From positions 1 to 32,000 of the forward strand of contig MWMI01000004.1 of the NCBI GenBank assembly GCA_003568775.1: 32,000 nucleotides of DNA, read 5' to 3'. Under the pieces are notes generated by a model. That model searched no databases. It was given only the letters and a program-made list of their open reading frames with translations, and was not told the DNA's origin. A program made the translations under genes and the position numbers. This DNA is from Candidatus Nanoclepta minutus (GTDB lineage: Archaea; Nanobdellota; Nanobdellia; Nanobdellales; Nanobdellaceae). Of this stretch, positions 17,121 to 25,614 are shown one piece after another (within the stretch, counting starts at the first letter, position 1; each line of letters begins with the position of its first letter).

Positions 17121-17873
17121 TTAGGGTATATAAGGAGCCGGTGGTTTCTCTTCTTCCCCTAATTCTTCTTTAGAAGGTTTTTCTTCCTTTTTAACTTCTT
17201 CCTTCTTTTCCTTTTCTTTTTTTGAGAGAATCTCATCTATGACTGTCTTAACATTATTATACATAATATACTTGTTAAAATCGGTTATAGATTTCACTAA
17301 TCCTGGTAACTTTAGCTTTATTCCCTTTGGAGTGTATATCTCCCTTAAGCCTTCGTATAATTTAATTAGAGAATTTCCAAATAATCCAACATATCCTACA
17401 TAAGCGTTTACGAATTTTTCTGGATTTTCTACCCCATTGTTTTTCAGATAATATGTCATTCCACTAATTATAAGATTTGCAGCAACTTCCTGATATCTAT
17501 CTCCCCTTGAAATAAGATCGCCTGCATAAGGGTTTACAGAGGAAGTTATTCCACCAAGAATCCTCCTTACAACCATCTCTGCAACTTCTCTTTGCATCCT
17601 ATAATCTGCTATAGCTTCTCCTATACTCTTATTAGTAACAAATGCGGAAAGCAAATTAGAATATCCAGAACCGTAATGATAATCTACAGCTTTTTCAATA
17701 GCTTTAAGTTCCTTTTCGGAATATCCCGAAAAGACAGATTCTAGTATACTCTTTCCTGTTTGTATTGCCCCACCTAAGGTGGTTTGTATTGTTTGGTTCC
17801 AATAAGATTTTTCTTCCTCTGTTGGCTCTAAGACAGTCCTTACAACGTTATTTAATAAGTTATCTAACTCCAT
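17121..17873 (-). CDS. hypothetical protein with a Lys/Glu-rich C-terminal tail
   Basis: 250-aa ORF with a helical, Gly/Tyr-containing body and a low-complexity tail SKKEKEKKEEVKKEEKPSKEELGEEEKPPAPYIP. No family recognised. Confidence 0.45.
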   Translation of the reverse strand: MELDNLLNNVVRTVLEPTEEEKSYWNQTIQTTLGGAIQTGKSILESVFSGYSEKELKAIEKAVDYHYGSGYSNLLSAFVTNKSIGEAIADYRMQREVAEMVVRRILGGITSSVNPYAGDLISRGDRYQEVAANLIISGMTYYLKNNGVENPEKFVNAYVGYVGLFGNSLIKLYEGLREIYTPKGIKLKLPGLVKSITDFNKYIMYNNVKTVIDEILSKKEKEKKEEVKKEEKPSKEELGEEEKPPAPYIP

Positions 17874-17961
17874 AATAATAATAGTACTTTAAATATTTAA
17901 AAAATTAACTACGTATTAGTAATATAATTATAGAATAAAAAATATTTAAAAAATATATGAG

Positions 17962-18354
17962 CTACTTCTTGAGAAGTTGTTTAAGGGCCTCTATTATTTC
18001 CTTTAACAATCCTTCACCTTCACCAGGCTCTATAATAGCTGCAGATGCTGCTTGAACCTGAATACCACAAGAATTTCCTAATCTTTGCTTTGAAGATACA
18101 AATACGTATGGTACTCCCTTTTCTTCACAAAGTGCTGGTATATGCATTACTATCTCTTGAGGATCCACATCCAAAGCTATTGCAACCAACTTTGCTTGTC
18201 CTCTATCTACTGCCTTTGTTGTTTCATTCGTTCCCTTCCTTATCTTTCCTGTTTGCCTTGCTGTTTCAAATAGCTTATATACCTTCTCTTCGTAATTCTG
18301 TAAGAACGTATTCAATACATCTTCCGACCAGGTAACATATTGTGGCTTCATCAT
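17962..18354 (-). CDS. rpl7ae: ribosomal protein L7Ae (K-turn binding; C/D and H/ACA RNP component)
   Basis: [50 protein letters not shown] is the canonical L7Ae/L30e core. Confidence 0.92.
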   Translation of the reverse strand: MMKPQYVTWSEDVLNTFLQNYEEKVYKLFETARQTGKIRKGTNETTKAVDRGQAKLVAIALDVDPQEIVMHIPALCEEKGVPYVFVSSKQRLGNSCGIQVQAASAAIIEPGEGEGLLKEIIEALKQLLKK

Positions 18355-18398
18355 GATTCATCACGTATAAAAAATACTAAAAAGAAAAAATTTTAAAG

Positions 18399-18602
18399 TT
18401 ACTCTTGAGCTTCGAAAGGTTCAGCTATAGCATAAGTAGGACCAACTTTAACAATTTTTATGTTACCTTTCCATCCTGGCTGGACATTCTTAACAAAAAC
18501 ACTTACACCCTTTACTCTAACGAATCCATCTCCTCTCGTAGTAAGTTTACTAACTTCAACCTCAAACACGTCTCCAACTTTGATGTGCCTTATTACCATC
18601 AT
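18399..18602 (-). CDS. stand-alone TRAM (OB-fold, RNA-binding) domain protein
   Basis: 67 aa. VGDVFEVEVSKLTTRGDGFVRVKGVSVFVKNVQPGWKGNIKIVKV matches the TRAM domain pattern. Confidence 0.75.
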   Translation of the reverse strand: MMVIRHIKVGDVFEVEVSKLTTRGDGFVRVKGVSVFVKNVQPGWKGNIKIVKVGPTYAIAEPFEAQE

Positions 18603-18631
18603 TAATTTTACTTTAAACTTTTATATAAACT

Positions 18632-20536
18632 TTACTGTGATTTTATGGATTCCCATTTTTTGATAATATCTAGAGTCTCTGAGTAAAGATCCTTTAGCAT
18701 GCGATAAAAATCTTCCTTTCCCTCTTCTAAAATCTTCATTTTATTTTCTAATTCCCTTGTTTTTTCCTCTGAAACGTGTTCTCCAAAATTATTTTTTAGA
18801 AAATTATAGACCTCTATTCCTAACTTAACAGGTACCATATAATTACCTTTATTCAGCACATAACCTCTCTCAGTTAGCTTAAAGACTATCGTAGCATATG
18901 TTGAAGGTCTTCCTATACCCCTTTCCCTCATTAACTCTATTATATCGGATTGTGTATACAAGGGATACTTATAAGCTATTCTGTATTTTACATTCTCGAT
19001 TTCTGTATTACTTACCGGTGTATTAATAAGCATATTTATTAAAAATTGGTCAACCAGATCCCATCCATGTTTTAATATCTCCAATGCACCTTCTAACTTT
19101 ATTTCGGCATTTATTTCTGGAACTTGAATAACCTGTTCGAACTTTCTAATCCTTACCGGTGTCATCTGAGACTGAATAAACCTCTTAAATATAATATCAT
19201 AAACCGCATAATGATAGTTTGTTAGGTCTATAAATACCTCTAACTCTCCACTCTCTATCATTTCTCTTAGTTTACTGGCATCGATAGGTTTAGTAGGCCT
19301 TATTGCCTCATGAGCTCCTCCAGTACCCCAACTCCTTCCATTGAAGTATTCTAAACCGAACTTTTCAGAAATATAATCCTTTGCTATTTGTATACCAACA
19401 GGAGAAATCCTAGTTGAATCCGTTCTATGGTATGTTATTAAACCTGCCTCGAACAAGTCCTGAGCTATTTGCATTATTCTGTCTACACTTATTTTTAAAA
19501 TTCTGTTAGCTAACTGTAGCATAGTACTTGTAATTAAGGGAGGATTAGGATAAATTTCCTCTTCTTTTTCAGAGTAACTCTTTATATATACCTCACTTTT
19601 TAAAATTTTCTTGGCTATTTCCTTAATTTTCTTCTTATCTTTTATCTCCGTCGATATAACCAATGTTTTCCCATCCTTCAAAGAGATTATTAGCTGAAAA
19701 TGTTTAGAATTCAGCCTATCAAAGTATCTATCTACGATCCAGCCAAGGACAGGAGTCTGAACCCTACCTGCAGACAACCATTTCTTCTTAAACTTCTCTT
19801 GAACAATTTGAGAAAGAGAGAAACCTAACCACCTATCTTCAACCCTCCTAACGATTTGTGCTTTAACCATATTAATATCTATCTCCCTTAGGTTCTCTAT
19901 AGCATTTAAAATAGCATTTTTAGTAACTTCATGGAACTCTAACCTATATATCTTTCTGTTGAAAGGTTTTAAGAGTAAATAAACGAAGTAAGCAATCGCT
20001 TCACCCTCATAATCAGGATCCGTTCCTATATATACATAATCTACTTCTTGAGCCAATTCCTGTAATGCAATTATTCTATCATAAGAATCGTCTATCTGAT
20101 TACTACCACAATATGGACATTTTCTATCATCCAAATACTCTACGAACTGTTTTCCGCAGTTTAAGCATTTCTTTATCGTATTATAAACTGGGATTATTTC
20201 TCCATTACTGACTATAATACCATAGAACCCTATATTTTCTGTAGTTAGATCAAGTATATGCCCCTTTGTAGCTGTAATTATAAGCTGTTTATTTCCTGTA
20301 GAAACCTCATATAATTGTATACCCCTTATTAACCTTGTAGATGGCTTACCAAAAAAATTGGCAATTGTCTTTGCCTTATTTGGGGACTCTACTATAAACA
20401 AAACAGTATTCATTAACTCCTCCCTCTTTTTAGTAATCTTTCCCTCTAATATTTTAGATACAAATTTTCTATTTTCTTCTATTTCTTTTTTAATACTATC
20501 AAAATCTATTTCCTCAAACTTTTTCAAAAAATTCAT
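18632..20536 (-). CDS. rgy: reverse gyrase, topoisomerase IA subunit encoded as a separate gene (no helicase domain)
   Basis: Toprim VLFIVESPNKAKTIANFFGKPS and TDPDYEGEAIA, active-site tyrosine motif GLITYHRTDSTR, internal Zn finger CLNCG...CPYCG. The ESPNKA...GKPS form is typical of reverse gyrase rather than archaeal Topo III. The upstream neighbour is aEF-1beta, so no helicase half is fused. Confidence 0.85.
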   Translation of the reverse strand: MNFLKKFEEIDFDSIKKEIEENRKFVSKILEGKITKKREELMNTVLFIVESPNKAKTIANFFGKPSTRLIRGIQLYEVSTGNKQLIITATKGHILDLTTENIGFYGIIVSNGEIIPVYNTIKKCLNCGKQFVEYLDDRKCPYCGSNQIDDSYDRIIALQELAQEVDYVYIGTDPDYEGEAIAYFVYLLLKPFNRKIYRLEFHEVTKNAILNAIENLREIDINMVKAQIVRRVEDRWLGFSLSQIVQEKFKKKWLSAGRVQTPVLGWIVDRYFDRLNSKHFQLIISLKDGKTLVISTEIKDKKKIKEIAKKILKSEVYIKSYSEKEEEIYPNPPLITSTMLQLANRILKISVDRIMQIAQDLFEAGLITYHRTDSTRISPVGIQIAKDYISEKFGLEYFNGRSWGTGGAHEAIRPTKPIDASKLREMIESGELEVFIDLTNYHYAVYDIIFKRFIQSQMTPVRIRKFEQVIQVPEINAEIKLEGALEILKHGWDLVDQFLINMLINTPVSNTEIENVKYRIAYKYPLYTQSDIIELMRERGIGRPSTYATIVFKLTERGYVLNKGNYMVPVKLGIEVYNFLKNNFGEHVSEEKTRELENKMKILEEGKEDFYRMLKDLYSETLDIIKKWESIKSQ

Positions 20537-20808
20537 AAGGAAGAAAGTGTTACATTTACTATCTCTGCAGAACTAATTCCTTCAATTGAATTTATTTCCT
20601 CTATGAATTCTTCTTCCTTAAATTCTTTATCGGGATAAACAAACTTTATTTCTAATGCACTTATACCAAAAGCTATTGGTTTTAAATAATGTTGTAAGTA
20701 TTTTCCACCGATTTTAGAGATCTTTTCATTTATTTTCTCTAAAAGATTATTTATCTCTATACTTTGGTCTTCTGGTAATACTCTAAGAGTAATTATTACT
20801 TTCCCCAT
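20533..20808 (-). CDS. ef1b: translation elongation factor aEF-1 beta
   Basis: MGKVIITLRVLPED...PIAFGISALEIKFVYPD...IEGISSAEIVNV matches the recalled aEF-1beta pattern (MG.V....KVMPE...EPIAFGL.AL......IEGV...EV). The track start at 20829 would overlap the Zn-ribbon gene; the ATG at 20808 is preferred. Confidence 0.85.
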   Translation of the reverse strand: MGKVIITLRVLPEDQSIEINNLLEKINEKISKIGGKYLQHYLKPIAFGISALEIKFVYPDKEFKEEEFIEEINSIEGISSAEIVNVTLSSL

Positions 20809-20809
20809 T

Positions 20810-20983
20810 TTAGGGTCCAGTATAACCACATTCAGGACAAATCCAGCCTAAACCTAACTTTCTCTCCTTATTATTTCTTATTATCAATCCTTTTCCACAA
20901 TTTGGACACTTAAATTTTACTACAACATCCGAAATTATAAGTTTCTTTAAAGTCTGTGTTTTCTGAATATCTTCCATTTTCAT
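20810..20983 (-). CDS. Zn-ribbon protein (57 aa, below the ORF-track cutoff), aEF-1beta-associated type
   Basis: Hand translation: MKMEDIQKTQTLKKLIISDVVVKFKCPNCGKGLIIRNNKERKLGLGWICPECGYTGP. It has two CxxC pairs. Its stop lies 1 nt before the aEF-1beta ATG, and a TATA-like TTTTATAA sits at 21008..21015. A Zn-ribbon gene preceding aEF-1beta is a recurrent archaeal arrangement (COG2888, from memory). Confidence 0.65.
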   Translation of the reverse strand: MKMEDIQKTQTLKKLIISDVVVKFKCPNCGKGLIIRNNKERKLGLGWICPECGYTGP

Positions 20984-21022
20984 CCTTAGGATTTTATGGT
21001 ATAATCCTTATAAAATTATATT

Positions 21023-22090
21023 TCAATGCACAATTACATAATAGAAATATCTATCATACAGGAACCTTCCCATCCCAGCTTCAACGATTTTTAGATTATA
21101 TTTTGAACAGTAATGCGATACTATTTTATTGACGTCTTTATCGCTTAGAACTATAAGCCTTCCCCCATCATCCAATAAGAACTTTGCGAAATATAATATA
21201 TACTTGATATTTTCTTTGCTCATCTTATAAAAATCTGCAATTATAAACTTGTATTTATCCTTAATAATTAAGTCCAAATACTTCAAATCTAATTTCTTAA
21301 AATATAATATATCTTTTACTAAAGCATTTATAGAATTCTTCTTAGAAATCGATATATTTCTTCCATAAGAATCTATTACAAGGATTCTCGATTTAACATC
21401 CCTTATAGATTTTTGATCTAGATCAATAAAAAAGCTTATATCGTAGTTTACCAAAAATTTTTTCTTATCCCAAAAATGGGGCGGTATATTCTTTAGTATT
21501 ATACCTGCCTCTATCGGTAAAGTCCCATCTTTGGTGTAAATCACCATTGTTTTTTCATCATTCCAAAGGCATTTCAACAATAAGTTAGCTGCAACTGGGT
21601 TTAAAGATCCTTCAACTTCCTTAATCTTATAACCTCTTTTCTCTATATTTTCCATAAGTGGGATTCCTAAAATGAAATAATCATCAACTACATACAATCT
21701 TATTAGGATCCTATCTAGTACCATACCCCCAAAGAACTCCATTTTATCTTTCAAAGTTTTCAATAGATCTAGGTTCTTATATTTCCTTTCCCTTATTATC
21801 TTAAACTTAAATTTGGGTGCTTTAAATGGAACTAATATTTTATCTAATTTTTCAATATCTTTAACTTCCGAGAATGCTAAGAGGATCATCGCATCCCTTA
21901 TAGAACCTGTAAGATACGTTAAATGTAACATTTTTTCGAGGGTTATATCGCTAATAATGAAAGCTGATAGTTTCTCCAACACTCTAACCTCTACTTTTTC
22001 TTTATCCAAAAAATTCTTTATATCTCCCATAACGATCTCCTCGAAACCTCTATCCGCTAATACTACAAAATTATAAGTATCTTTATTCAT
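21023..22090 (-). CDS. THUMP/methyltransferase-like protein (COG0116/Trm14-like) with degenerate SAM and catalytic motifs
   Basis: N-terminal GFEEIV...LTYLTGSIRDAMILLA and GSLNPVAANLLLK resemble the COG0116 N-terminal/THUMP module. Where homologs have DPxCGSGT..IEAA and NPPY, this protein reads YTKDGTLPIEAG and ADFY. Confidence 0.35.
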   Translation of the reverse strand: MNKDTYNFVVLADRGFEEIVMGDIKNFLDKEKVEVRVLEKLSAFIISDITLEKMLHLTYLTGSIRDAMILLAFSEVKDIEKLDKILVPFKAPKFKFKIIRERKYKNLDLLKTLKDKMEFFGGMVLDRILIRLYVVDDYFILGIPLMENIEKRGYKIKEVEGSLNPVAANLLLKCLWNDEKTMVIYTKDGTLPIEAGIILKNIPPHFWDKKKFLVNYDISFFIDLDQKSIRDVKSRILVIDSYGRNISISKKNSINALVKDILYFKKLDLKYLDLIIKDKYKFIIADFYKMSKENIKYILYFAKFLLDDGGRLIVLSDKDVNKIVSHYCSKYNLKIVEAGMGRFLYDRYFYYVIVH

Positions 22091-22100
22091 AATACTTCTA

Positions 22101-22421
22101 ATGTTAGAAGAATCTATAACGGTTCTCTTCCCTATATTATTGGCATTATTCTATAAGAATAGAATAGAAATAAGAGAGGGAGATAAGAAATATATGTTTT
22201 ACTCTAACATAATTACTGCCATTTCCTTATTAATAGTTTCCTCATCAATACTCGTCCTACCATCCATTTTTTTACTCATCTTATACAAGCTATATAAGAA
22301 GAAAGGACTATTATACATAGAAATTATATATGTTACGCTCGTATGTATCCTCTTCCTTAGGGATGTATACGTTCTTCTTATTTTATCCATACATAATCCT
22401 TTAACTATTTGGTTAACATAA
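22101..22421 (+). CDS. small integral membrane protein, unknown function
   Basis: 106 aa with about three hydrophobic segments. No family recognised; could be spurious. Confidence 0.35.
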   Translation: MLEESITVLFPILLALFYKNRIEIREGDKKYMFYSNIITAISLLIVSSSILVLPSIFLLILYKLYKKKGLLYIEIIYVTLVCILFLRDVYVLLILSIHNPLTIWLT

Positions 22422-22429
22422 TTAAAATT

Positions 22430-23029
22430 ATGGGAGTAATAGATTTAATCAAAGATAGGAGGAGCGTTAGGGATTACGTAAAGGGAGATATTCCATATGA
22501 AGATATCATTGAAATGATAGATGCTGCTAGATGGGCTCCTTCTTCTGGCAATCTACAGAACTGGTATTTTATCATAATAAAAAATAGAGAAAAAATAGAG
22601 AAAATTTCATTAGCCGCAAATCAGGAATTCATAAAAAACTCAAATGCTATAATAATAGTCTGCTCAAATGATAAGATAGTTGAAAGTATATATGGAGATA
22701 GAGGAAAAGTTTATTCAATACAGAATACAGCAGCTGCTATTCAGAACATCCTCCTAGTAGCTACAGAGAAGGGTATAGGGACCTGCTGGATAGGAGCATT
22801 CGATGAGGAAAAAGTAAAAGAGATAGCAAAAATTCCAAAGGATATAAGCGTACATGCAATTATAACTTTAGGTTATTATTCGAATAAACCAACACCTCCA
22901 AAAAGAAAGAACCTTGAAGATATAACTTTCTTTGAAGAATGGGGAAATAAAACATATAAACCCTCTCTATATCCAATAATGGACTACTTAAAGGAAGAAA
23001 TAAACAAAATAAAGAGTTTAAAGCCCTAA
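22430..23029 (+). CDS. nitroreductase-family (FMN) oxidoreductase
   Basis: RRSVRDY...ARWAPSSGNLQNWYFIII...GIGTCWIG are typical nitroreductase-fold motifs. The track start at 22409 is TTG; the ATG at 22430 (MGVIDLIK) is preferred. Confidence 0.8.
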   Translation: MGVIDLIKDRRSVRDYVKGDIPYEDIIEMIDAARWAPSSGNLQNWYFIIIKNREKIEKISLAANQEFIKNSNAIIIVCSNDKIVESIYGDRGKVYSIQNTAAAIQNILLVATEKGIGTCWIGAFDEEKVKEIAKIPKDISVHAIITLGYYSNKPTPPKRKNLEDITFFEEWGNKTYKPSLYPIMDYLKEEINKIKSLKP

Positions 23030-23848
23030 ACTCTTCAAAACTTCTGAAGCAGGTTTTAAGCTTGGTAGTATCTTCTCTAAGACTTGATCTATAGATCTAG
23101 CTAAAGCAGGAGCATAAAGCCAAACTCCTATATCAGCAACTGTATGGACTTCTTTCTCATCAAACAGCATAATCATTACTTCTTCTCCATCTACGGTAAT
23201 TATCCTTCCCCTTATATCTCCCGCATCATAGATCTCTGCATATTCTAATATATCCTTCACAAACTTTGCATTTTCCTCTACTATCGGTACTATTATCCTT
23301 ACCTTTATCCCTCTATTATATAGATCCATAAATACTGGCTTTAGGGTCATAACCTGTCTAACAAAGAACATTTCAGTCGTTAATATGGTAACTGTTTTCT
23401 CAGCTTCCTTTAACATACTTTCTATATGGCTTATTATGTTCTGATAACCTTTAAGGGTTCCGGATCTTTCAGATATATCCAAACTTACAATCCCCTTCTT
23501 GAAAACATCTTCTAGTTCTTTCAACAGATCTGAGTTCTTTAGGGATTCTATGGATTTTAACCTATTATTATAAATTTCTTCGTATCTCTTCTTTATTCTA
23601 TTTATCACATCCGATGGTGGAACAGCCATATAGCGAATAGGCTTTCCAAGTTTCATGATAGCAAATCCTTTCTTCTCTAAAGACTCTAAAATATCATAAG
23701 CTCTCGATCTAGGTATATCTGCAAGATCAGCTAATTCACTAGCACTTGCAGTCCCCTTAGCAAGAAGTGCCAGCCATATCCTAGCTTCATAAGTATTCAA
23801 TCCAAATATAGACTTCACCTTAGATACAAGCTCCTCATTTATCACCAT
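23018..23848 (-). CDS. TrmB-family transcriptional regulator
   Basis: N-terminal wHTH LNTYEARIWLALLAKGTASASELADLADIPRSRAYDILESLEKKGFA, followed by a TrmB-like C-terminal domain. Confidence 0.8.
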   Translation of the reverse strand: MVINEELVSKVKSIFGLNTYEARIWLALLAKGTASASELADLADIPRSRAYDILESLEKKGFAIMKLGKPIRYMAVPPSDVINRIKKRYEEIYNNRLKSIESLKNSDLLKELEDVFKKGIVSLDISERSGTLKGYQNIISHIESMLKEAEKTVTILTTEMFFVRQVMTLKPVFMDLYNRGIKVRIIVPIVEENAKFVKDILEYAEIYDAGDIRGRIITVDGEEVMIMLFDEKEVHTVADIGVWLYAPALARSIDQVLEKILPSLKPASEVLKSLGL

Positions 23849-23881
23849 GTTGTATATAATCTATTAAAAAGTTTATATTAA

Positions 23882-25576
23882 TTACCCTTTTTGTCTCTCA
23901 TATAACTCCATTACCCTAGTAATTGTGTCTATATCTTCTACCGATCTATCCGGCCTTAGCCTCACGAACCTTGGGAACCTAAGTGCAAATCCAGAGCTAT
24001 ATTTTGGACTTTTCTGTATCTCATCATAAATAACTTCTATAACTACCTTCGGGCTTATATAAACCCTTTTACCTTCCGATCTGATTATATAATTTTTTAA
24101 CATATTAGTCATATCCTCAAAGGTCACATCGTCCGGATTCTCTTTCTTCTCCTTAAAACCACTTCCAACTTCCCCTATTTCCAGTAACTCACCTGTTTCC
24201 TCATCTCTAACTGCAATAGTAAAAGAAGTTAACCAACCTCCTCTCTTTCCCTCACCCCACTCTGCCCCAACTATTACTACATCCAAAGTTTCCTTGGTAG
24301 GCTTTAATTTTACCATATAACCAACCCTCCTACCCGGATGATAGGGTGCATTCAAATTCTTAAACATAACACCCTCTAAGCCCCTCTCTATTGCCTCATT
24401 AAAGAAATCCTGTGCTTCTTTATCTGATGATGTAATAATACCTTCCGAAAGCTGAATTTTCCCCTCAATTGGGTTTATTATTTTTTCCAAAAGGTTTCTT
24501 CTATCCTTAAAGGGTACGTTCATAAGACTCTTTCCATCGAAATATACAACATCGAATACCCTTGCTTCTACAGGTATTTCCTTTACCATTCTCTCTATAT
24601 CGTATTTTCTTTTTATTCTCTGAGAAATCATCTGAAAAGGAAGATATTTTTTATTTCTTTGATCGTAACCAACTATTTCTGCTTCGATTATAAACGGTTT
24701 ATCAAGTGTCATACTTTCCTCAATAAAAGAAATAACATCCGGAAACTGCTTAGTTACATTCTCTAATCTCCTAGTCCATAGCTCTAGTCTCCCATTTATA
24801 TTATGTATTTGCACTCTAAATCCATCATATTTTGCTTCAATCATAGCCGGTCTCCCAACGACATCGAAAGCCTCCGTTATACTTTCAGCCTTTATTGCTA
24901 GCATAACTCTCAATGGTTTTCCTAATAAAGGTGTTATATTTTGTATAACAGTTTTTCCTTCTTTCCTTATTTTATATATTATCTCCCCAAAATCGTTATA
25001 GACCGCATATAGCATCTCTACATCCTCTGGATTCAGGGAATAGGCGGATGCAATGGATTCTATTATAATACCTTCCCCTACACCTATCTTTAAGTCCTCC
25101 AATGCAATCCTAACTATATATCTAGATTCCAATGGACTGGCATGTAAGAGGAGGTTAGATAATAGTCTAACTTTCTTATCAATAGTACCCTCTCCTTCTA
25201 AATTACCGATCTCCCTAAAAGTTTCATAAACTTCTTTTACAGTTAATTCCTTTTTAAAAATTGTTTTCTGCTTTTTCTCACTAGATAATTTTTCTGCTAC
25301 TAATCCCAAATCTCCCAATTTAACAAAAAGTTCCTCTATCTTTTCCTTACTTATTCCGGTTACTATTGAAATCGCCCTCATAACAAGCTTCTCTCCAACT
25401 CCAAGTTTCCTTTCTTCCCAAGGATAGAAAATACTACCAGATATAAGCATTAAAGCTTCTCTCAGAGAATCCTCAGGTATATTTTTTATAAAACTAGCTA
25501 AAACGTTTACCTTTCCTGTCTTTTCCGAAATCGCTTCAAGTTTCTTAAATAGTTGGGATAATTCCTCAAATTTCAT
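23882..25576 (-). CDS. lig: ATP-dependent DNA ligase
   Basis: Adenylation motif I EAKYDGFRVQIH, LEGVMFK motif, an OB domain, and an N-terminal DNA-binding domain. 564 aa, typical for archaeal Lig. Confidence 0.92.
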   Translation of the reverse strand: MKFEELSQLFKKLEAISEKTGKVNVLASFIKNIPEDSLREALMLISGSIFYPWEERKLGVGEKLVMRAISIVTGISKEKIEELFVKLGDLGLVAEKLSSEKKQKTIFKKELTVKEVYETFREIGNLEGEGTIDKKVRLLSNLLLHASPLESRYIVRIALEDLKIGVGEGIIIESIASAYSLNPEDVEMLYAVYNDFGEIIYKIRKEGKTVIQNITPLLGKPLRVMLAIKAESITEAFDVVGRPAMIEAKYDGFRVQIHNINGRLELWTRRLENVTKQFPDVISFIEESMTLDKPFIIEAEIVGYDQRNKKYLPFQMISQRIKRKYDIERMVKEIPVEARVFDVVYFDGKSLMNVPFKDRRNLLEKIINPIEGKIQLSEGIITSSDKEAQDFFNEAIERGLEGVMFKNLNAPYHPGRRVGYMVKLKPTKETLDVVIVGAEWGEGKRGGWLTSFTIAVRDEETGELLEIGEVGSGFKEKKENPDDVTFEDMTNMLKNYIIRSEGKRVYISPKVVIEVIYDEIQKSPKYSSGFALRFPRFVRLRPDRSVEDIDTITRVMELYERQKG

Positions 25577-25614
25577 AAATCTTTTTTGTAGTAAAAAATT
25601 AAAAAATAATTACT

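Noticed and set aside
18355-18370. C-box-like GTGATGA 3 nt upstream of the L7Ae start, whose own first codons read ATGATGA; considered as a K-turn for L7Ae autoregulation of its mRNA (described in other archaea)
   Set aside because: No D-box or GA partner strand, and no stem able to form a K-turn or K-loop, was found within ~60 nt on either side. ATGATGA here is simply Met-Met plus the next codon. Worth testing only if transcript 5' ends are mapped.
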